Positions 24,032-36,045 of a stretch of DNA of 64,000 bases are shown in pieces. The notes beneath the pieces were generated by a model. It did no database searches and was not told the DNA's origin. It saw nothing but the letters and a program-made list of their open reading frames with translations. The position numbers and the translations under genes were made by a program. Each line of letters opens with the position of its first letter. Position 1 is the stretch's first letter. Source of the DNA: Peribolospora baueri (Eukaryota); contig JAMDHS010000097.1 of the NCBI GenBank assembly GCA_029717555.1, positions 1 through 64,000 on the forward strand, written 5' to 3'.

Positions 24032-24429
24032 AGCGGGCCGCGGGCGCAAGTGCGTGTGACCATTGGGATGGGAGGAGGCAGTTCGTGCTCCATAGGTCGC
24101 GCAAGCCTTTTGTTTTCTTCTTCATGTTTGGGCTTGGTTTGCTGTTTCGCTCGCTCGTTTGGGAAGGATGGAGGGACGGGATGCTGGAACGCGGTGACTT
24201 CGCCCCGGCGGACCACCCAAGTATCTTAACTCATGTATCGTGCTCAACCATATAACTCGGATGTAGATACTCGAAAGTCGTCTTCGTCAGGCCAAGGCCG
24301 CCGCCGTCTTTCCAAGCCGTCGCGTATTCCTCCCTCCCCGGTCTTTCCGCTTCTCTTCGCTGATTGATTGATTGATGGATTTATCCGGTTTAGGGTCCAT
24401 AAGTCAGACCAACAGGGCCTAGAGGGGAC

Positions 24430-24657
24430 AATAACGCGTACATCGTGGGAAAAGAACGCCCTCCACTCGCTCCTCCATGACGAAGACACGGCAAGATAAC
24501 CATCTCATCTGTTTGCAGGAACCGTATATCACTCCCACCACCTCCTCTCTTCCCTTTTATCGCAACTGGCAACCGGTTCTACCGGTCTGCCAACCCGTCC
24601 CTCATCCCCGAGGTATCCTCTGCACCGTCACTTTAGTGTGTCCTCACAGTTTATGAG
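24430..24657 (+). mobile_element. Degenerate non-LTR (LINE, Tad1-like) APE endonuclease fragment
   Basis: Frameshifted reading NA.HRGK.NALHSLLHDEDTAR.HLICLQEPYI matches the N-terminal LQEP motif of LINE ORF2 endonucleases. Confidence 0.65.
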
Positions 24658-24896
24658 TCTTCGATTCCCTCACCCATCCCCCTGCGACCGGATGATAAAA
24701 GCAGAGCCCCGAAGCAGAGCCCCGGTCTCATAAACTGTGCGGACACACTAAAGTGACGGTGCAGAGGATACCTCGGGGATGAGGGACGGGTTGGCAGACC
24801 GGTAGAACCGGTTGCCAGTTGCGATAAAAGGGAAGAGAGGAGGTGGTGGGAGTGATATAAGGTTCCTGCAAACAGATGAGATGGTATCTTGCCGTG
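24487..24896. repeat. Long inverted repeat: arms 24487-24657 and 24727-24896, 69-bp spacer
   Basis: Manual comparison of the ~170-bp arms shows 2 substitutions and 1 single-base indel. The spacer holds a 13-bp tandem duplication AAGCAGAGCCCCG (24699-24724). Confidence 0.95.
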
Positions 24897-25016
24897 AATG
24901 CAAGCTGCCGCTTATTTACGCAATCGCCTACCGACCAAAGGCAAACTCAAAACGCCATATGAGCTCTGGTTCGGCAAACCGCCTATCTTCAATCATCTTC
25001 GCGTATGGGGGTGCGG
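24897..25016 (+). mobile_element. Ty1/copia integrase C-terminal fragment
   Basis: AAAYLRNRLPTKGKLKTPYELWFGKPPIFNHLRVWGC matches the copia integrase end motif (AxYLxNRxP...TPYELWxGxKP..HLRVFGC). Confidence 0.85.
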
Positions 25017-25149
25017 AAGCGTTCGGAAGACGGCGGTGACCGAAACGCCTCTCGATCTCACAGCGAAACCCAAGACGGCTTCTCCCAACGCTGGAAAATT
25101 GAGCTCGACCTCAGCTCTCGCGTCGAAGAAGAAGGAAAAGTAGCCGCGG

Positions 25150-25780
25150 AAGAAATGCTTGATGAATTACGACTTAGCCGGTCGGACTTGGCGCCGTGGT
25201 CGGCGGCCCGCCCCTCGGCCCGGCCGGCCTGCCGCTCTAACCGCCTGGTAGCGATGGCGGCCGTCGGCCCTTGAGCGTGAAGCGCGACGTCATCGACATA
25301 GCCGATGGCGCCGGTATGGTCAGTTTTGAGCCCAGCCACTTCCGCGTTATAAAAAAAGGAAGAGGATTGGCGAGAGTGGGGAGCCCTGTGAGATCCCAAC
25401 GGTGGGAGGCACGGTCTTGTGTACGTAGGAGCCCATGCGTATTGCCGTAGTGCGGTCGCGAAGCCAGCTGGTGATCAGTCGGACATGGCAATCGTCGACG
25501 CCCTTACGGCGGAGGTTGTAGCCGAGCCGGTCGGGGTTGACGTTGTCGAAGGCCCCGGAAACGTCGCAGTATAGGACCGCCAGACACTCTTTGTGCCGCC
25601 ACGCCTCACGAATCGTCTCCGTGAGGTACGTCAGCGCGTCGGAGGTCGACCGCACATATGAGAGCCGACTCGCCAGAACCGCCTCGAGCACCTTGCCGAG
25701 GGTTGGTAAGAGCGCGATGGGCCGGTACGCTTTGGGGCTCGTGTAGTCCTTCTTGCTAGGCTTCCGAAGGACGCAGGTGA
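25150..25780 (-). mobile_element. Degenerate LINE (Tad1-like) reverse transcriptase fragment
   Basis: LRKPSKKDYTSPKAYRPIALLPTLGKVLE, RSTSDAL, DVSGAFDNV, GISQGSPLSPILFLF / YNAEV...GYVDDVAL. Has an internal deletion and a frameshift near 25350. Confidence 0.92.
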
Positions 25781-26088
25781 GGGGGAAGAAGGGAAGAACT
25801 GTGACGCCGCTTCTCTTCTCTTCTTAATTAACCCTAAAATTCGTGCTCTTTTACGTGGTTGCGCTACGGCGTTCCTGTTCTTCGCCGGTCGCCATGTGCG
25901 TGATCGTGCCGCAGCAGCACATATGCGAAGAAGCCCATCATTAGGGCTGCCCAAACTCGATCCACCGCGCCTATTCGTCCATCCCTCCATCAGCTCCAAA
26001 GTGCTCTGGAGCACTTGCGCCTTCCCTTACTCGAGCCCATCGGAGCTGCGCTATTGGACGGACGGGTCCCATGTAGAGCTCGGCCGCC

Positions 26089-29029
26089 ATGGACCACCAC
26101 CACCACCGCCATCGCCTCTCTTCTTCGGGCGCGCCTCTGATGCCCCGACGCCCTCGATTGAGCAGGCGCTTCTTCGTCCTCGCCTCCCTCCTTATCGGCA
26201 TCACCTTCCTACTCTATCGATCCAGCTTTAGTCACACCGATTCGTTCAGGCAATGGGTGCCAGAGACGCTACGCCACGATCCGTTACAGTCTGTCGGCCT
26301 GTCGGAGGAGGAAGCAGGGAAGGCACGTCCGCTGCTGTCGCTGGACCGGCTCGGGAAACCGACGACGACGGCGGCGGCGACGGCGTCGAACAAGCCGACC
26401 TCTGCACCGAATTCCAAGCCGACGACAAGCTCGCCCGCTTCAGGACATGAGAGGCTTTCGAACGGTCTCCTGGTGCGTAACCCTCGTGGACGACATCCGA
26501 TCCTCGATCTGATCGAAGAGGGCGAGAGGAAATGGAAGGAGATGCACAAGAGGCAGAGCGGGACGCTTCTCGAGGCTGTAAAGGAGTATCAGAGGAGGTA
26601 CGGAAAGCGGCCGCCTGAGGGGTTTGACAAGTGGTGAGGGCTTGCAGAACTGTTTCTCTTGCGTCTCGTCTGTGTCGTGGCGAGCCAGATCGTCCTTTGA
26701 ACATCCTTTGAACACTCGCGCTCGCTTTGTGACATGGACAGGTGGGAGTTTGTTCAGACGCACAAGGTGAAATTACCGGACGAATACGTATGTGCAGGCC
26801 TCCCTTCTCTGCGTCCGCGCATCCCTCGCTCTTCCACAAGCGACACTCGTCTCACGCATCTTCCCGCGAACACGGACACTGCAGGACCAGATCGACCGCG
26901 ACATCTCCCCCCTCCTCGCTCTCCCACCCGGCGCGCTCGCCAAGCGCGTCTCGTGGGTACAGAACGAGATCGACTCGATCACCTTCCTCTTCACCATCGG
27001 TCGAGGCGGCAGCGTCAAGGTCTCCGGCGGGGCGATGTCGAGCCAAACGGGAAGAGAGCGCGCTTCGGCTCAGCTGGCGCTGATAGAGGGGTTTAAGAAG
27101 TACCTTGCGGAGGGCATCAAGATACCCTTCAACATAGACGATGCGCCCAAGGTGTTCCTCGGTGAGCGCCTCCACTTCTATCCCAAAGGTCGAGATTGAG
27201 TCCGCTGAGCTGGGAGGCACTTGTTCGCGTGTGTGGGCTTGGATGTGGCAGGTTGGCAAAACAAAGAGCTCCTGTCCCAAGTCGCTCATTCGAATGACTG
27301 TGAGTCCATTCCCACCGCCGGGTTCTCTTAGGAGTAGAGTGGCCGTGACCACGAACTCAAAGACATGCCAAACGGTCGCCTCTTCGGAAGTCTTGAGCGA
27401 AGACGAATATTTAGACGATGGAAGGGTCGGCTGGAACAGAACGTGCAAGCCGACGGATCCGATGAACACGGGCGATGTTTCCCGGCCCAGTGAGTGTTTT
27501 TCCTCTGGCTTTCTAGAAGATGTCGAAAGCGACAGTCTGAATGTGTATCCCCCTGCTCTCAGCCAAAGAGCCGTCCTTTATCTACGACCATTTTCTCAGC
27601 TTCGACTTCTGCTATCACCCCAACATGACCCTCCAGCACGGCTTCACCTCGTGGACCGGCCCAGCGCCTCAGAGGATCACGCCGCTGTTCTCGCACTGCA
27701 AAGCTCGCCCAATGTCCGACGTGCTCATCACGCCCACGGAGCAGTGGGGCGTGGACGTCGGCAACGATCCACCTTGGGAGCAGAAGACGGACGGTCCTGG
27801 GCGAGTGCTGTGGAGGGGGCAGAGCACCGGCGTGAGCTACACCAAGAGCAGGCCCTGGCACGACTCCCAGCGAGCGAGGCTGGTGCGCATGCAGAACCCT
27901 GTCCATCACGATCCCCTTTCCGTTCTCTTCCCCACCGGCCCATACCCCTACAACTCCCCGCTCGGCTGGGCGCTCACGACCGCGGACCCCAAAGTCCTAG
28001 CGGACCGGTACCTGGACGTGGCCTTCTCGGGTGACGCCGTACAGTGCAGCCGGGAAGACGGTACGTGCGACCAGATGATGGAGGAGTTCGAATTCGTGAC
28101 GCCGATGAGTGTGGATGAGTCGAACAGACGAAAGTTTGAGATCGACGTGGATGGGAACGGGTGGAGTGGAAGATTTCACAGGTTGATGGTGCGCATGCGA
28201 GTCCTTACCTTTCTATTGGCGTCCTCCTTCGGCCTCTTCCTACGACACACTGCTCACCATGCGCATTTCCATTGGTTCACACCTGCTCAGAGCACGAGGA
28301 GCTGTGTGCTGAAGAGCACGATGTGTGAGTTTCTCCCTCTTCACACTCCTTCCATTGTTTCATCGCTCCTGACGTCGCCAGCGGGAAACCAAGCAGGAAT
28401 TCAATCCCTCCTTAGTTTACGACGAGAGTGACTGACTGACAATGGCTTTCCTTTTAAAAAAGTCCCGGAATGGTACTGGGGTCGTATCATGCCTTGGGTC
28501 CATTTCGTTCCCATCAAGGTCGACTACAGCGATCGTGAGTCCGTCCACGCTTGTTCCACTTTCGTCACAGCCCTTTGATGCTCACAAAGAGCATTTAAAT
28601 CACCTATAACGGCCCCGGGTTAAGTTTTCGACGTGATGGCCTTCTTCACCGGTGATCTGGATGGCAACTACGGGCACGATGAGCTGGCGAAGAAGATAGG
28701 CGAGAACGGCCAGCGGTGGGCTCAAGAGTATTGGAGGTTCGAGGACATGCAAGCTTAGTAAGTGTTGGAAGGTTTTCGCGGTCGTCACGACCCCACTTTG
28801 CCTACTGGGTTGACCGTTCGCACGTCATTCGCATCCGTTCTGCCGACAGCATGTTCCGCCTATACCTGGAGGTGAGTGAGAAAGGGCCATGTATGCCCTC
28901 GCACCGGTTGGGCCTCGCCGCTGACGCTTCCCGATCGTCTCTTCTCATATCCAGTACGGTCGAGCATACGCCTCCGACCGAGAGTCGATGGACTTTGTTT
29001 ACGACGACAAACTCCACGGCCACCTGTAA
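26089..29029 (+). CDS. Glycosyltransferase family 90 (CAP10-domain; Cxt1-like beta-1,2-xylosyltransferase), type II membrane protein
   Basis: N-terminal TM helix; [14 protein letters not shown]...[108 protein letters not shown]. The start could be 26089 or about 26139. Confidence 0.92.
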
Positions 29030-29245
29030 TCGTGATGTGTCGCATCACTGTACGGCGCCGTGCTTCCTCCAGGCTTCCATCCGGACGGTCGCACGGGTTG
29101 CGAGCATCTGCCCCCGCTCGTTGTTTTAGAGGATATCGGTGAAGTGTATTCCGGATACGGGACAAATACAAATGAAGCTTGCGTGAGCGAGAAAAGAGTC
29201 CGCCTCGAGGACATATTATCCGTTCGCGCAGAGATGGCCACCCCA

Positions 29246-30281
29246 TCAATCGAGGTCCATACTCTGCCCAGAACTGCCAGCCGGGACGAGAGCGCTCTTG
29301 GCCTTCGTCTTGACCTTGATCTTCTCCCGTTTCTGCGCCTTCTGAGCCGCGATCGCCGGTTGCAAATGGACTGCGCGGTCCACCGTAGACCGGTCGAGGA
29401 TGCGTTGCACAGCTTTGTTGCCCGCCATCCTGCGAAAACAGTCGGGAGCAGACCCAGGTCAATATGTGAACAATCCTCAGGTATTTTCTCTAAAGAAAGC
29501 GGGCGCCGGAGATCCGATGCTGACAAACGACAGAAAACGTACCTGTTCTTGTAAAACGCCACCTCCCGCCGCTTCCTGATCTCGCCCACCCTCTTCATGG
29601 CCTTGAGCGTGGTAACCATGAGGTCCCGGTTGTAGCGCACCGGCACATGGCGACGCTTCTCAAATTCGAACGTGGAGTCCTGTTAGGGAAAGGGGAAAGA
29701 GAAAGAGAATGACGGACATGAGCTGACCATCGAGAGAAAAGGGCTACTGAGACCTCGCGAGCTTGGAAACGACAAACTCACCACTGTCATCTCCTTGCCC
29801 GCTGCCTTACGGAACGCCTTCGTCCACCGCACTTTCCTCGGATTTCGCTTCATTCTGGCAATCAAAACAGTTTGAAAGATTAAGAGCCATCAGCCATCAT
29901 CCTCATTATGGGTAAGTAATTCAATGGCAAGCCCAGCGCTCCTAACTGAGCTCACTTGAAGTTCTTGTGGCATCTGAAGGCGAGTCGACGAAAGTGAGTG
30001 AACAACGCAATTCAAACTCAAAAGGCGGTAATACGTCATGATCGTCTACACAGATGCAGAGGCGCCCAGCTCACTTTGATCGACAGAAGCGAAAGACCTT
30101 GGAATCGTTTCGCACAAAAGTGATGCCTTAATCGCAAGATGGTTCCGTTCGGACAGGCAGTGCGTGAGCAAGGATAGTGCTGCTCTGCTGACCGCGTTTC
30201 AATCAGAAAAGAGAAGCTTCGATACTCACCGTGTCCAGGATATACGCTGGACGAACAGAAGTAGCAGTGGTCGATACGCAT
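29246..30281 (-). CDS. RLP24: Ribosome biogenesis protein Rlp24 (eL24 family)
   Basis: [83 protein letters not shown]. Includes an 18-nt micro-exon at 29956-29973. Confidence 0.96.
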
Positions 30282-32715
30282 CTTGTGAGCTGCTGTCTGG
30301 ACGGTGGATAGACGAGTCGTGCGAACGACTCTTCAAGATGGACCTTGCGAAGACCTAAAGACTGCGGCGACGTCAGCGAAATTCCCACGCTCAACCACCT
30401 ACAGCGTTCTTTCCTCGCCCGGCACGGCACGTCTTTGTGTTCGACTTCCTTGTATACACACGCCCGCCTTTTAAGGCTAGGTAGCAGGCATCTCAGGACT
30501 TTCTTCTTCTTTGTGGTATGGTATACTGCTGTGCAACGGCGGATGAGGTGCTTACTTGTGTCCGCCATTGGCTAGCTTGCTGACTGATCGTCCTCTACAA
30601 CACCGCCATGGGTCCTTCGCTTCACTTTCATTTCCTAACCTCACCTCTCTCTTCGATCACCGATCCCACGGTGCGTTTACACCGCTTCGTCTTCGCTGCA
30701 GCGCAGGAAGACCAAATAATTAAAGGTTTGAGCCCGGGGTCCCCGCCGGACCTCCTTGTGGCATGATTCAGAGCATCTGATGCCGAGGCCGAGCAGCGCC
30801 GGCTTGGGGTTGTGTTTGGTCGTGCTCACCGTCGTTGCTTTGCCGTATGTTGTCTCCTCCGCCTCCGTCGTCCGTCCACATGGGCTTGGAGCAAGGTGGT
30901 GCAACGTTTCTTGAGTAGCGCGGTAGGCTCATAAGCTGTCCTCTAGACGAGCACGTCGGGTGGTCATCCACCCAGTTTCGGCAAGCATGAATTTTGCACA
31001 CGCGTTCGAGGTGGGTATCTTTACTCTTGACGACACCGGACAATTGATGATCAAAATTCAAAAATGCATGGCTTGTGCCGACGCTGTCCCCTTCGCTACA
31101 TTGCGAGGGGCGGCATTGGCAACAAATCAAGTTCTGAACTCTTGAATCATTATCTTTGCCTATATGTGTGCTGCGAGTTTGCAAGGCATGAGACTGATCT
31201 GTTGTTCATCCGTCGCCATCCTGCTCGTCGCAGTCATCATGCTGGAAAGCGCCGTCGCCGGCCAAGGCCGGCTAGCGTACCTTATGCCGAAAGGACCGTC
31301 GAGCAGACCGAGTACGTGACGACTTGACGCCTTTGATACCGCTCTCATATGACGAGGCGAAAAAACGTACTAGACTTGAGCCGGTCGCGACCGTCTTCAC
31401 CGGGGCGGGGTGATGGTCCGGCGACGAAGACGACCAATGCACGTCTTCAACCTCTGATGAGAGTAGGTCGTTGACAAGCCTCGCTCACCATGGAACGTAC
31501 ATCGACGGTGTCCTAGTACTTAATCTAAAATTAGTTGTGATCGGACTGGTAGGCGGTTGTAGGATCTTCACCCGTAGAAGCAGAGGAAAGGGGTACATCT
31601 GCTGTCCACGTCGATAAGGGCGCTCCTTCCGTCCTGAATTTGCTGTGGAGAAGGGTTTCGGATCTCTGTAGCCAGCTAGAGTCCTTTGTACGTTGTTGAG
31701 ACGGTGGGAGCAATGACAGCGCCCCATACGTCTGCTTGTCGCTATCGTGCGACAGGAGCTCGACTAGCCTCGATGTTCGACTCGTCCATTGACCTGTCTT
31801 GATAGGAGACTTTCGGCTTGCCGCAAACGAGATCGTCGGTGAGGGAACTCCTGTTACAGAAGAGAGAAGGATAACTCAAATGAACTGGCGCTTTTCGTCC
31901 TTCACTGCATGAATACTCATGCGCCACCTGGCTTCCACTTGCACAGGCAGGGGACGGCTAAGCCGGCGCCAGGCAAACACTTGCAAGCAACGTTCTCGTG
32001 ACCTACATCAGTCCAAGTCATGGTAATAACGAAGTGATGAGAAGAGATCTGTTCCGATGAGAAGAGTCTGATGACTGACGCTTACAGAAACACCTCTGGT
32101 TCCAGCACCTCCTCTCCCTCGTGCTGGTTGATGGATGGCTCGTCTTCGGCCTACAGCATCACATCGATTTTGGAAAGACACTGGCAGAAGTCGTTGAAAC
32201 AATGATTATGTTGCAAACTAAGGAATGAATTTGAGAGAACCACACCCAAAAACAAGGATACCATGCAGGACATACAGTCGACCCTGTCTGTTAGCATACG
32301 TGTCCATAAGCATACCTTCGCATAGTGCATAGCGATCTCCCTTTCCCGCTTGTTCCCCAGCCAAAATACCGGTCTATATGCATACTAAACATACCGCACA
32401 TTGCATAACACTGACGGTGCCCGTCCCTACCAGTTATGCCCTCTGCATGCATAGTTAGGGTTGAGGGTCACGCGCATCCTCCTCCGCGTTTCACCATCTC
32501 CGTCGTCCGCGTCTCACCCACTGCCGCCGTCTTTGCTCTCGCACTCAAAAACATGCCGCCTATTCGCACCAAGGACACCTCGTCGATCAATTGGGTGAAT
32601 GTCGATGAACCGAAGAATCGCGATACGGCAATGTACGCTCAAAAGCTCGCCGTGTTAGACTATCTTCGTGATCCCAAGCGGACGGCAATCAGTCAAAGAC
32701 GGCCCAGTACTTCGA

Positions 32716-32916
32716 CGACGACGATAAGACCAACGACGGCCGACTGGGACGTCGCTCTCGTCTTGTCTCCCCAACTGGACAGCATCAGTTGTCGCTATCG
32801 TCGGACAGCAGATGAAAAGCTGGTAGAGCGGGTGATAGCGACAACTGATGCTGTCCAGTTGGGGAGACGAGACGAGACGACGTCCCAGTCGGCCGTCGTT
32901 GGTCTTATCATCGTCG
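32716..32916. repeat. Inverted repeat: arms 32716-32799 and 32834-32916, ~34-bp loop
   Basis: GATAAGACCAACGACGGCCGACTGGGACGTCG...CCCCAACTGGACAGCATCAGTTGTCGCTATC is followed by its near-perfect reverse complement. Confidence 0.93.
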
Positions 32917-33567
32917 GAGGAGGAGGAGAGGCGGGCATGACCGACGACGACGACGGCGGGGGGTCCAGTTGGTCTTCAAGCGAGGGAGAGAGGGCGCCCT
33001 AACCCAAGGAATCGAACGACGGCGGTGGTGATGGCGAGATCGTCCTCATCTCGGCGTCGTCGTCCATCTCCTGCTGAGAAGCCACAGGGGAGAGATCGAG
33101 ATAGCGTTGACTTTGATAGAGTCGACTCACACTGTCGCGGACGTCGAGAGGAGTAAACGAAGGACGGTGTACGACGTCTTGTCAACCAGCTCCATGCCCA
33201 GGCTGAAATACTTGCTTACTTCCACCTTGAGCTTTTCCAAAACCGGCTCCCTTCCGCTGTCCCCACTCTCGCCACCAGTCTGATCAGATCACTGACCGCG
33301 CAGCCCTTCACTTTCTCATGCCAGCGTAGCACGCGAAGCAGAGGCGAAAGCTCTCGCCCTGAACCCTCCGTCTCGCCGGCGCCTGCCCGCACGGAAAGCG
33401 CCAAGGCGTGCTCAAGCATCCGGAGCTAGAAGCGGAGCTCGTCTACTGGATAAACGACGATCTTTCTCGAGGTGCCGTTTTCAGCGAGGAGCTGATTAAG
33501 GCGCAAGCTCGCAAGATATCCGACTTATTGGACATCCCCGCCGAGGAGCAACTCATGTTCTCTAATG

Positions 33568-33897
33568 GCTGCATCTTGAGCCACTTATCCGTGCGTGGCT
33601 TCATGAAAATTGCTTCGTGGATGTAGCGCAGCTGGCGTACGATGTTTCTTGAACCCCGCTGTTCCTCGAGACGAACAAGGGTGCACGAGTCCAACATGGG
33701 AACTGAGTCTCTCACGATAGAGGTGTTCATTGACCTTCAGAGAGCTGGTTGCACACTGAGGAGGGAGCTCCTGCTGACCCGATGAGGTGGTCTTGCTTCA
33801 AGAAGAATACCATAAATCGGAAAACATCGTACGCCACGCTACATTCACGAAACAATTTTCATGAAGCCACGCACGGAGAAGTGGCTCAAGATGCAGC
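33568..33897. repeat. Inverted repeat: arms 33568-33647 and 33822-33897, ~174-bp spacer
   Basis: GCTGCATCTTGAGCCACTTATCCGTGCGTGGCTTCATGAAAATTG... and its reverse complement, with a few substitutions and a small indel. Confidence 0.9.
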
Positions 33898-36045
33898 AGT
33901 GTGTCACTCAACTCAGTCGCATTTTAAAGAATGTCAACGAGTAGCGTAAACAAACCGATCTTCGAAAATTCTTTTCTGCACACGCTTCTTCTTGAACATG
34001 GTTATGACGAGTACATTACTCTACAGTAAAGCTTGGAATTCATGTCTTGATGGACGCTATCGACTGTGGCAAGGACTGTGGCAACTATGCATAGATCACT
34101 CTGTATAGTCAACCCCTCGCATACTGCATAACCCTCGGACAAAAGAACTTGTATGCTTATATACAAGGTTGACTTCTAGGAGCTCGTTTGGTGAGGTTCC
34201 GCAGGAGGCCCCTCGCCAAAGATCCGGGCCGCTGCGGATGTAACTTAACGCGCGATCTCATCCGCAGACCCATACTCACAAAAAGGACGGATAGAGGCTA
34301 GTTTCTTCCCGTCTAGCCTTGTTGCTACGCACCGACATCAGATATGACTGTAGTGTATAGCGCACTTTCAACTCCGCGGACTGCCCATATTTCTCCAGAG
34401 CAGTCCGTCTCTCCTCCCCCGTGAGCTGGATCTTCAAGGACGGTGGACCAACTCGAGAGGACTCGGAGGGACAGAGAAGGGAAGAACCCTTGACTTGCGT
34501 GGTCAGAAGAGGCGGAGGTCGAAGATCGGAGGGAAGAGAGGTACCTAGGAAGAAGGGGGTTGCCGACAGGCGGATAGAAGGAGGTTGCCCTTGACTTCTC
34601 AAAAGACGAGAGGCGAAAGTCGGATAGAGGTCGGTCGTTGGATGGAGAGGGTCGATGCCTGTAACTCGTGATCAAGACAGAGGAAAAAGTCGGAAGATGT
34701 GGAGGGATCGGTGGCATCCGTTACCTGCAATGAGAGCAAGAGGCACCGATAAGGAAGTAGTTGAACGGAAGCGAGTCGTCGAACGGAAAAACAGAGAAAG
34801 AGCTGGATCAATTGGTTTGGTAAGACTGAGGTCAAGGTGATCCTCCAGGGATGCTCTGAGTCCCTGTTATTATACGCATGGAATAAAGCTCAGTGGATGA
34901 GTAACAAGGGAGGAGTGTAACGTGCGCGCAATAGGGAGACGCGCGTTTCCCGCGACAGATACCGCCACCGTTTCCCTGGCACCGAATGAATATGCTTATG
35001 ACTACGCAGCCGCGAGCGGGCTTGCAGAGGCATTCAGCGCATCGGGGCAACACCTGTAATTTCCCTGCCTCTGCTCGTGGCCTACTTCGGTCAAAGGAAA
35101 TGGAAAGATACAGCAACATTTGGACGACATTTGACAGGATCACGCCCAAAAGGACAATAAAGACCCAGCTACCAGTTGGCTTGCCGACCGCTAGGTGTAA
35201 AACCATCCGCGGCACAGGCAGGGCGTGATAAGTCTGGAAGAACACTTGCAAGGTTTGACCTGCCCCATGTGGCCTACGTCAGCCAAATCAAGGGAACGAT
35301 AAAGTAATGAGAGGGAGATCCAAAACCTGCGTTCCCCGCGAGGAATGCCTGTCGATGCTCACAAAAGCACCGCCAGTTCCAACACCGCTTTATCTTGTCA
35401 CTGCTGGTGGAAGGGTCGTCTTGGGTTTGCGGCAACATAGATGGATCAGATCGATGTCAGAACCACAGCAAGAGAGTGTCATTGGAAGAATGAGCGCGTC
35501 ACAGAACAGAAAAGCACCTAACAGAGCGATACCAAGAAGAACAAAGATGCGAAGGTGCGCAGAAGAATAAGGGGTGGCGAAGCGCACGAGTTTTTAGCCG
35601 TAGCCTATAATCGACCTCCCAGCCAGCGAGCGCATGACCAAGGATGGGTAACGTCGAAATGTTTTACCCTAGCTGTGGACATTGCGAAGAGGCAATGGTG
35701 GTGACCCACCTGCGCGCGCCGAAGACCCACGTCATGGTGGAGATACGTAAAGTGGATCTAGATAGCCAAACTGTAAGCTTGGCGTCTACGGACGAGGAGA
35801 GACCTCCTTAAGGAAGGAGATCGCGAGCCTCATTCGATCCAAGGTGACAGGCTTCGTGACATACGTCAGGATCTGAATTAATTGGCCACCTCTACCGATC
35901 TCGGCACTGTCCACCGAGAACGAGGCCGCACTGGTTCAACTCAAGCCTTGGAGCAATTGGTCAATTAATTTAATGGCACAACACAAATTCCTCGTCATCC
36001 TTTTCCTAAATCTCGGCTCGTTCGATTCCCTACTCTAGAGTACGG

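Larger units (their letters stand above)
32275..34176 (+). mobile_element. Pogo/Tc5 (CENP-B-like) DNA transposon relic, internally deleted and rearranged
   Basis: Starts TA|CAGTCGACCCTG. Imperfect terminal inverted repeats 32276-32299 vs 34151-34174 (19/24 matching), with TA next to both ends and repeated GCATA subterminal motifs. HTH fragments YAQKLAVLDYLRD...ISQR (~32631) and KRQGVLKHPELEAELVYWI...EELIKAQARKI..LLDIP....FSNG (~33395-33570). No DDE domain visible. Confidence 0.8.

Noticed and set aside
35674..35861. Possible solo LTR (TG...CA)
   Set aside because: No target-site duplication and no second copy in the window.
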